This document shows, in pieces, positions 54,997-64,000 of a stretch of DNA of 64,000 bases (position 1 is its first letter; every line of letters starts with the position of its first letter). The stretch spans positions 3,348,001-3,412,000 of the forward strand of contig CATNEN010000025.1 in the NCBI GenBank assembly GCA_950097015.1. Direction: 5' to 3'. The translations under genes were made by a program, and so were the position numbers. Under the pieces are notes generated by a model. It was not told the DNA's origin. It searched no databases and worked only from the letters and a program-made list of their open reading frames with translations. The stretch is from Macrostomum hystrix (Eukaryota; Animalia; Platyhelminthes).

Positions 54997-57900
54997 CTGG
55001 TGCGAAACAAATGATTTGGATTTTGGGATAAATCCTAGATTCGAAACAGGCGATTTGGATAGTTCCGTGTTTTAAACAGGTGAGATGGGATAAATGAAGT
55101 TTAAATGACGCAAATGAAGTTTCGCACCTGTATTTCGGCAGCCCGCACATCCCCCTGACTCAAAAGAAGCTTTAACTGGCCAGGCTGCAATTCTTTCAAC
55201 ACCGTGGCCCGCAGACGCATCTGAGGCTCTTTTTCGTCTAGGAACTGCTGACAGCTGGCGAATGCGGAGCCGACGCGACTTAAGAGCTCCTGAAGCCGGC
55301 CCAGCTTGAACAGCTGAGAGCCGCAGCTGCAAGGAAAGGGTAGCGAAGAGTGAGCACAGTGAGCACATCGTTCAATATGGCCCTTGACTACCGTTGAATC
55401 TCAATCCTGACTCTCATTCATTTTTTACTCCTGACTCTTGTTCATTCTCACCCCTGACTCTTGTTCATTCTAACCCCTGACTCTCATTCTTTCTCACCCC
55501 TGACTCTCATTCATTCTCACCCCTGACTCTCATTCATTCTCACCCCCTGACTCTTGTTCATTCTCCCCCTGACTCTTGTTCATTCTCACCCCTGACTCTT
55601 GTTCATTCTCACCCCTGACTCTCATTCATTCTCACCCCTGACTCTTGTTCATTCTCACCCCTGACTCTCATTCATTCTCACCCCTGACTCCTTGCATAGT
55701 TAAGTATTAGCAATGAATGAATATTAAAGCTAGAAGCAAACCTCTCTCGCATTGAGGCCAGCCAGCGTCCGTGCAGTTTAATCTGTTCGGCGTGACTTTG
55801 ACGAATCTGGGCCAACCGTTTCAGAAGCGGCTCGGACTCTGCCAGGCTGGTAAAGGTGGATTCAAGAATGCCGCAGGCTGTCTCTAGCCAGGTGTGCAGA
55901 TCGCGCAGCCGATTGAGCCAATCGTGCAACTGGGACTCGATGCTTTTCAACAACTGAATCTTATCGGCTAGGAGGCCGCACTCGCCGCTAACTGCGGCCA
56001 CTCGCAGGTTAGCCTGAGCAGTCTCAGAGTTGGCGCGCATTTCAATCAGTTCGGCGCCAATTTCCGTCAGCGCCTCGCTGGCTGTGGACAGGCGGGCCAG
56101 GCAGCGAGCTAGACGACTCCAATCGGCTGCTAGACGGCTGCGCGGCGACGTATTAGCCAAAGTGCAAGAAGACAACGACGTAGACGACGACGATAACGAA
56201 GACATCGATTCTGGCAATGTAGTCGACGATGATAAAACTATTTCTAAAACGGCGTCGGAATCGTGCGCCTCGCCTACCAGCTCGACTTGACGGCGTCGGG
56301 CCTCTCTGGCCAGCTGCGCCAGCCGGAAAGCCTCCGTCGGGTCGATGTCGCCGAAACGAGTAACGTATCGACGCAGCTCGGCTGACAGGCCGGCAAATGC
56401 GGCCTGCGACTCGGCCAGAAGCCCGTCGGCTGACTCGGACACCGGCTTGGTAGCAATGGACTCCGACTCGGACACGGAAGCTGAGGCTGCATTGGTTTCT
56501 CCAGGCTGCGATGAGCAGAAATAGGATTAGAGATGGTAACCCAGTGCTTGATTGTCTGAGTTCACTAACCAGTGCTGTTTAGTCAGTGGAGTCGGTGAGT
56601 ACTAGCGGTTAACGCGTCTGTCTCTCGCACCAAGGTCCCTGGGCTCGATTCCAAGGCTAGGCCACACTTATTTAAGGGGCACCCACGGAGAGAAGGCTTG
56701 GGGGCTTGTTGTGCAATTTACGCCCTTAAGGGCCAACCTCCAAGGCACAGTGAAAGTGTGCACTGCCTGACGATGAGAAAGTCAGGGCAGATGTGAACGT
56801 GTGCCTGCGTACAGTATCTGTGTGTGCTCAGGAGTCAGCGAAATGTGGGCAGAATTGCGAGTCTAGTGTCACCAATTGATGTGCCATTGCCCGCAGCCCT
56901 CCTGCAAATTTCAACTAATTACGGTCTCTTTTTGGCACAACACTTCATTATAGTATTTCATGAGTAAATAAAATGATGTGTAATACCACGTACAAATCTA
57001 ATTTGAAAGATACGAACTCCCGACCCCTCTAACCGCTGGACTGTATAAGCTCTTATTTCATAGTCAACGAAGTTTTAAACTAAAAACAATAAAAGAATAA
57101 ATTAGTTTATTGAACAGAGAATAGACTATTTGGCGGGTCGCGTGCAATCGGAACACATAAGTAGCCTAGAGAGTTAGACCGAGAGAAGGTGCACAAATTT
57201 TATTGTTGAGTCAAAAACCCCAAAGCTTGCGAACAGCTGTGTGGATTGAGCACAGATGACTCATACACACTAAGGTACTACTGGGCCAACAACCCGGCTC
57301 TTAGTGTGGGATCTCTAGTTCCGCTTAGGACTAAAGGGGAAAATGTATAGACTTTGGAAAATTAGAAAAAATGCTAGATGAGTCACACGTTTTAGTTAGC
57401 TATGGATTACAGCGATACCTTAGTAGTGAGGATCTGCTGAATAAGGCGATGCGCGCACCATAGGAACAAATTGTCCATCATTAAAATGTCAATAAAAATC
57501 AAATAAAAAACGAATCAATGAGCAAACTGTTCTACCTGTCCGGCATCGAACTGCTGCTGATCCGCCTCCCACTGCAGGTGACTGTCGTCAAGGCGCTCTT
57601 CCGCAGCCTCGTCGGCGCCAACCGGATACAGCTGGGGCTGGTAGTGATCCCACAGCTGGTCCAGATCATCGGGTCCCTCGGCGCAGCTGGCCACGCATTC
57701 CTCCTCGTTGTCAAGGCCTGAGGAATTGCGGATCAAGTTGATAGATTTTGATCACGTGACCAACTAGCTAAAGTACAAATCATGACTATACTATCAAATA
57801 AGGACACTGATATTAGTAGCTTAATGCTATTCTTGCATAAACAATTGGAGGCTTAAAATATAATAGACTAATAAGCTTTCGGCTATAGATAAAATTGCTG

Positions 57901-60900
57901 GAATTTGTTAATAGATTGGATAGATAGATTTGCACCAAGTTTCAGGTGCCATTTCTCTAGGGAATAAATTCGAACTCCCGACCTCTAGGTCAGAAGTCCG
58001 AAGCTCTAAACAATGGACTTAAACCTTTCTGTAAATATATAATATAAATATTGTTAGTATAATAATTAAAAATATTTAACAACTTTAAAAAAATGCTGAA
58101 AACATCATTGTCATCTCAGAAGCGTAAAAATTAAAACCAACAATTGAATCGATTGGGCAACAAATTCAACAGCAACTGGTTGAAATAAATAAAAGAACGA
58201 TTAAAAAGCTTCGGTTGGATTCATGCAGTATTTGAATACCGATGATAATTGCATCTTCGGACGATGTTGTAACAAAACTGGTAGCCGACGATGCTGACGT
58301 CACAGCGCTAGCTGCGGCGGCGGCTGACAAATCAGTTGACGCGGTTACAGAAATGACCGCGGTTACTGCCGCAGACACCAGTGTCTCATTGGAGCCGGAC
58401 AAGCCGACTGGGTTAATGTATTAAGGCGCTTATTAGGCTGGATTAAGCATTATCTTTAGAAAGTTTGAACGTTTGTTCATCGGAACGGGCGGAGAAAACT
58501 TTGATCCATGTGTTGGACTTTCACGAAAATCGGTCACTCGGTTTGATAACTATCGTAAAGTATGGCAGTTGGCATTTGAAATATCCCTATTCTAACGTTA
58601 AAAGATGGACGAATGATGAAGAGAAGAAATTAGCGACATGAGAATTAGAAATGCAGGAGTGATAGCAAAATAATGCCACAGTTCTGCGCCCGTCACGCAG
58701 GCAGGCTTAGAAACATAGAAAAATTGGAGGATTTCAGCGCCTTCGCCATGAACCTCCCGCGTCAGGCACTGCGACGCGTCGGGGCGACCTTGAGGGTGAA
58801 CTCTAAAACGACAAATAAAGCGACCAAAATATATGGATTTATCATCTCACCGCTGTGATCCTCCTGGCTGATGAAGCCGACAGCCGAGGCGCACAACTGT
58901 CCCGCCGACCTGGTGAAGTATCGCTCCGCCTTGCTAGCCAATCTACGGGCGTCAAGCCTGCGAGGCGTCGGCTGCGGCTGCTGACCAAAGACAGCCTCCC
59001 GACTTCGCAGTGGGCGAGGCCGAACGCGCTGCCGCCGATTCATCGTAGCCGTAGCCGAAGCCGACAATGCCGGCGGACGGCGAGGCATCAATCCGGTTGG
59101 CGTAGGCGCCGGCGCTGGCGACGGCGAAGGCGGACTCGAACTCTGGCCGCCAATCGAAGATTCGTCGGCCAACGAGCCGTCGGTTGAGTTGGGACTATGA
59201 GGGAACCATTGGGGTGGTACTATGTAGTTAAACCCAATAATAATAATATAATTGCAGGAGGGCTGCGGGCAATGGCAGATCATTTGGTGACACTAGACCC
59301 GCAGCCAGCGAGGAGGCAATTCTGCCCATTCCGCTGACTCCTGAGCACACACGCACACAGATAACGTACTCAGGCACACTCTCACACAGGTGTGTACATC
59401 TGCCCTGACTTTCTCATCGTCAGGCAGTGTACACTCTCACTGTGCCTTGGAGGTTGGCACTGAAGGGAGTAAATTGTAAAGACAAGCCCCCAAGCTTTCT
59501 CTACGCGGCTGCGCCCTAAATGAATGTGGCCTCCCCGTGGAATCGAACTTAGGGATCTTGGTGCGAGAGGCAAACCAGTTAGACCGGTCCGCCACCGGCC
59601 CTCGAGTTAAACCCAACTATAGCTAATGTTGGTACCCATTGTGGGTGAATACAGGCTATGGGGAAATAAATGTTATTCTTTACGATTAAAAAATTGTTTT
59701 CCTAGTGATGCTTAGATTCGAACTCCCGACCTCACTGTCAGTGCAGTAATTTTCCCTTTGCGCGCAAATCTTTAACTCAAGCTAGAACAAATAATGTTCT
59801 ACCCACCCACGCACAATTCGAGGCCAGTAGTTTGTTAAAAAAGCTGCTTTCGAGAAAATGAGAAAATGTCAACCGGCTGAGGGCCACTTACTGTTAGCAC
59901 TAGTTTAGCAGGACCGCCCGCTGACTCATCAAGTTGGACTGCTCAGGGATCTAGCCTGGCAGTAACCCCGCTGAAATTCCCATCTATTCTCGCAATGCAC
60001 TGCAATTAACTAGCAAAAATGATTAAACTATGATTATATTTACCGCAAACACCTGTACAGACAGCCTGACGGGCCCAGAGCGTTAGAAATGCAACTGAGC
60101 CCTTGCTCGTGTCTGCTAATAGATATACTGTAGCGCCCAGCCAATCAGCAAGCCCGAGCAGTGATTTGAATTTATCGATTGATTTCATCCTCAAACAGAT
60201 AAGAATGGCCAATAAAACTAGATTCCCACTATTGCCATCTATTCGAATGGTTGACGCGAAAAACTGACACGTTAACCTAGAGAACAGAAAGCAAGCCGGA
60301 GCGCCATTCTCGCCTGCTTGAATTGATTCACTGTCGAGCTAGGTTTTTTAGTGAACGGGCGGCTGGTTCAGAGTTTCAGAGTCCAAGTCAGATTAGTTAG
60401 TGCTGAGAATAATATCTCGGGTCTCCACATACAGCAGTGCTGCCCTTAACTCTGTAGCTTATCGCGTGGTTTCAAAATGGCAATTATAACATCCAACTCA
60501 CTCAACAAAATCGGACAGCCCAATGTTGGCATATCCAGGCTGCAGGTTGGACTCTGAGTTTGCCGTCTCCATAGGCATGAGAATGGACAGGCTGTCGTTT
60601 TTGCCGATGGCGCCAAGGCTGGCGGCGCGAGACATATGGTTGCCTAGCAACAGGGCGCCGGCGTCAACGTAGATCTCGCGCGTCACCACGGCTAATGGCG
60701 AGGAGGATCGGGTCCAGCGGCGCTTCTGGCCGGGCGAGCCGCTGCCGCAGGCGCCGCCACCGCCGCTGCTGCTGGAGTCTTCCTCGCCGACTAGATTGTC
60801 GCTTCGACGTGGCGTTGTCGCACTCGCCGTCGGCATTGCAGCTGGCGACGCTGTCGTCGCCGACGCCTCGACGGTAACCGACGGTCGGCTGCTGTCGTCA

Positions 60901-61189
60901 GAATCTGCGGCTGTCATAATGCGATAGTAGCAGCGCGACTGCTGCAATTGCTGCGGCTTCTGTCGCTCAAATAACAGCGTAGACTTTCGCTCGCCATTCA
61001 CTTTGTCAACTTCGCCGTCATTTATTCGATCCCGATTGCGACGCCGTCGACTCAGAGTCATCTCTGCGGCCTGGCGCTGATCGGTCAGCGAATGTCCTGC
61101 TGGTGTGCGCTCTCGTAGCCGCTGCTCAGAGTAGTCCAGTGCGAAGATGGGCTCGCTAGATTGGTTGCTGATTCTCTCGTATTCGTCTT
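54571..61189 (-). CDS. KASH-domain-like outer nuclear membrane protein (nesprin/Klarsicht/UNC-83-like), at least 7 exons
   Basis: Exons 61189-60502, 59194-58851, 58407-58240, 57717-57536, 56505-55742, 55326-55128, 54996-54571 join in phase (2771 nt plus 1 upstream base = 924 codons); spectrin-like helices (LHDWLNRLRDLHTWLE); ends with TM and a 20-aa tail ..QPDGAPY*; 5' end not found. Confidence 0.72.
55128..55326 (-). CDS. Internal exon in a frame not shown in the ORF track
   Basis: CGSQLFKLGRLQELLSRVGSAFASCQQFLDEKEPQMRLRATVLKELQPGQLKLLLSQGDVRAAEIQ; phase 2 to 0. Confidence 0.8.
55405..55690. repeat. 23-bp minisatellite (CCCCTGACTCTTGTTCATTCTCA)
   Basis: Tandem units. Confidence 0.92.
55742..56505 (-). 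CDS. Spectrin-repeat-like exon
   Basis: ORF 55678..56475 extended to acceptor CGCAG|CCT. Confidence 0.82.
56587..56856 (+). mobile_element. tRNA-derived SINE
   Basis: A-box-like TAGCGGTTAA and B-box-like GGCTCGATTCC head, then a body shared with the copy at 59317-59603. Confidence 0.78.
57536..57717 (-). CDS. Acidic exon with W-acidic motifs
   Basis: GLDNEEECVASCAEGPDDLDQLWDHYQPQLY..HLQWEADQQQFDAGQ. Confidence 0.82.
57966..58020 (-). other. Degenerate tRNA-like fragment (Arg-TCT-like), pseudo-tRNA or SINE head
   Basis: Minus strand GGACTTCTGACCTAGAGGTCGGGAGTTCGAA; related B-box fragments near 57012 and 59715; no acceptor stem. Confidence 0.5.
58240..58407 (-). CDS. Ser/Thr/Ala-rich symmetric exon
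   Basis: Phase 1-1, 168 nt; weak donor GTATTC. Confidence 0.6.
58851..59194 (-). CDS. Pro/Arg-rich exon
   Basis: CATAG| acceptor phase 2; G|GTGAGA donor phase 1. Confidence 0.75.
59317..59603 (-). mobile_element. tRNA-derived SINE (second copy, inverted)
   Basis: Minus-strand TGGCGGACCGG and AGTTCGATTCC boxes; shares blocks such as CCAACCTCCAAGGCACAGTG and ACTGCCTGACGATGAGAAAGTCAGGGCAGATGT with copy 1. Confidence 0.8.
60502..61189 (-). CDS. Low-complexity N-terminal exon
   Basis: ORF 60498..61220; donor GA|GTGAGT; acceptor CCTACAG| tentative. Confidence 0.72.
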
Positions 61190-61254
61190 CTGTAGGCGTA
61201 GGGGCGATGATAGAGGTCAAACAATAGGCAGCTGCTACTCGGCTTGCAATATTA

Positions 61255-61560
61255 GGCTTGGTTCGATTCTAGCTACAGCTCCTGCTTCGATTGTAGCCAC
61301 GATTCCTGCTTCGATTCTAGCTACGATTCTTGCAACGATTCCAGCTACGATTCCTGCTTCGATTCTAGCTACGATTCCTGCTTCGATTCTAGCTACGATT
61401 CCTGCTCCGATTCTGGCAACGATTCCTGGTTAGATTCCAACTACGATTCATGGTTAGATTCTAGCTACAGCTCCTGCTTAGATTATAGTTACGATTCCTG
61501 TTTCGATTTCTGGTTAAATTCTAGCTACGATTTCTGCTTAGATTCTTGCTTAAATTCGTG
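61255..61560. repeat. ~24-bp minisatellite (GATTCTAGCTACGATTCCTGCTTC)
   Basis: Tandem units related to the 26-bp repeat at 52 kb. Confidence 0.88.
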
Positions 61561-62334
61561 CCTTGATTCTAGCAACAACTTTTGACGAGTTGGAAAGCAG
61601 ATAATTAATCACAATTTAAGAAACTCCCACCGCAATGTCAACAGTAATCTTTTGCAAGCTTAATTAAGGCAGACACTCTGGCTGCCAATTAAAGCAAACA
61701 AAGTCACAGATTGATCTACTTTCACTAAGACACAGTGTTCTCGGTTGGTTAAGCTTGCTTTGCGTGATTGTTCCAGCAGTTCCCGGAGGGGGAGAATGAA
61801 TGACGGGAGGGGAAGGAGTAGGGAGAACTGGGGATATTACAAACTGACTCAGGCTAGCGTCTCAGCTGAGTGGCGCAACGAAACACATAAGAATCTCTAG
61901 CTAGAAGTAATAATACTTCAATACTCGCACGGGCCTCAGAGCTTAACGCGGAGGTATGCAAAAAATAATGCAATAAACTACGCGGAAACAGGAAGGCAAG
62001 ACAGAATGACGTAACAGCTATGCTAGACGAGGGGGGCAGAAGAAAGTAGACAAAGACGAGACGAACTGGATGAAGAATGAGTGTAGAGAAGAAGCCCCAA
62101 TACCTACGACGCGAGATTGGAGCGGAAAAGGTGCGGATAGTGAAGCGGAAAGAGGAGCAGAGCCAGTGGAACACAGCTGTCACTTTGTGTGCCTGCCTAG
62201 TAGCTTTATGTGGGATTCGGCAGCTGAACTGTGAAGCACAATCAGCAATATACGTAAGAAACTTATGTAATTCCAATAGGACTGCATTGCTCTCATTCAC
62301 TTTCAACATCGAGTGCCGTTTAAAACAACTCTAT

Positions 62335-63185
62335 CAGTTTTCATTCACCGTGACTTTGTGAGTTGTCATTCACCTTGACTCTGTCAGGTGTCATTCACTG
62401 TGACTCTGTCAGGTGTCATTCCTATGACTCTGTCAGGTGTCATTCCTATGACTCTGTCAGGTGTCATTCACTGTGACTGTCAGGTGTCATTCACTGTGAC
62501 TTTGTGAGTTGTCATTCACTATGACTCTGTCAGGTGTCATTCATTGTGACTGTCAGGTGTCATTCACTGTGACTCTGTTAGGTGTCAGTCACTATGACTC
62601 TGTCAGTTGTCATTCACTGTGACTCTGTCAGTTGTCATTCACTGTGACTGTGTCAGTTGTCATTCACTGTGACTCTGTCAGTTGTCATTCACTATGACGC
62701 TGTCAGGTGTCATTCACTATGACTCTGTCAGTTGTCATTCACTGTGACTCTGTCAGTTGTCATTCACTGTGACTGTGTCAGTTGTCATTCACTGTGACTC
62801 TGTCAGTTGTCATTCACTATGACTCTGTCAGTTGTCATTCACTGTGACTTTGTGAGTTGTCATTCACTATGACTCTGTCAGGTGTCATTCACTGTGACTC
62901 TGTTAGGTGTCATTCACTGTCACTCTGTCAGGTGTCATTCCTATGACTCTGTCAGGTGTCATTCACTGTGACTGTCAGGTGTCATTCACTGTGACTTTGT
63001 GAGTTGTCATTCACTATGACTCTGCCAGGTTTCATTCACTGTGACTCTGTCAGGTGTCATTCTCTATGACTTTATCGGGTGTCATTCCCTATCACTCTGT
63101 CAGGTGTCATTCACTGTCACTCTGTCAGGTGTCATTCACTGTGACTCTTGTCAGTTTTCATTCACCGTGACTCTGTCTGGTGTTA
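62335..63185. repeat. 25-bp minisatellite (GTCATTCACTGTGACTCTGTCAGTT)
   Basis: Tandem units. Confidence 0.94.
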
Positions 63186-64000
63186 TTCGCGTTATATATT
63201 GAATGTAATATAAACTGCAACTTTGACGACAACTTTATAATTAGCATTTTATTTAATAGCATCTATCCAGAACAGCTGCTGATTGCAGACATATGATTTT
63301 ACGAACTTATAATTATGCCTTGCCGTAATTACACAACTATAATTATAAAGATCTTGTTGATAAAGAAATTGTGATTAAGAATAAAGATTTAAGACCTAAT
63401 TATAGTGAAACTGCTATTTTAAACTATTTAAGCCCCATAAAACAAGCACATACAGGTAGATAGCTAGTTAGTTCACTTACAAACTGTCGAGTGTGTTGCC
63501 TTTGCGTGTCAGATAATAAAAAAAGTGAACAGTGTAAAGGCTTGAGTTTTGAGTTGACTTGCAACGATTAGGTTGTTTACATTCTCTGAGTCGTTTGATT
63601 TTCACTTGTCTTGGTCGCCAAAGTAAAGTTTCTCTGGACAGAAAAAAACTCGCCCCTTGTCAATCCAGTACCCTATATTTAAGTAACTATAAGGTATACA
63701 CCAACCCCCACCTACCGTAGCAGATTATTATAAGCAATTTTTTCGCATTGGTTAAGCCGACCCGAGATACGCGAGGTTGGTGGGCTGGGGAAAGGGGCGG
63801 TGGTGAACAAGCGGAGGTGGGGGTTAGACAGTGAAGACAGGCTTAAACTAACTGAGGGAGGAGGGGTGTTGTCGGGTCAATTAGTGAGGCCCTAGTCAAT
63901 AGGCATTCTCGCGAGTGTGAGTACTTATGCATGATGTACGCTCTCTCTCTCTCTCCTTAGATCAGTTCCAATCATAAGCGTAAGGTGTGAGAAGTTCTCG

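Noticed and set aside
56587-59603. Genuine tRNA genes
   Set aside because: A/B boxes are present but acceptor stems do not pair, and the heads continue into a shared SINE body
61854-62361. ORFs 61854..62309 (-) and 62077..62361 (+) as the missing first exon of the KASH-like gene
   Set aside because: No convincing phase-1 donor or coding signal identified by eye

Overview
Eukaryotic (animal) genomic DNA with GC-rich spliced exons, GT-AG introns and many intronic mini/microsatellites, so most long ORFs in the supplied track are repeat artefacts. The style resembles a repeat-rich invertebrate such as the flatworm Macrostomum (inference only). Left to right: (1) a 24-bp and a ~6.9-kb 12-bp satellite; (2) an 11-exon + strand class B1 (secretin-family, PTH-receptor-like) GPCR gene (8674-26298) carrying TWO complete hormone-binding ectodomain exons; (3) a - strand multi-exon polyQ/coiled-coil gene (~30.6-38.8 kb) with a truncated tyrosine-recombinase (Crypton-like) element in one intron; (4) a cluster of four intronless genes (41.2-47.9 kb) encoding small type-I membrane proteins with one degenerate cadherin-like domain, plus a fifth, larger relative with a TM-first layout (48.7-51.3 kb) and a MITE; (5) a - strand 7-exon gene (54571-61189) with spectrin-like repeats, W-acidic motifs and a divergent C-terminal KASH-like tail, with an inverted pair of tRNA-derived SINEs flanking three of its exons. 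Exon models were built by hand from splice signals and reading-frame phase; no database searches were run.
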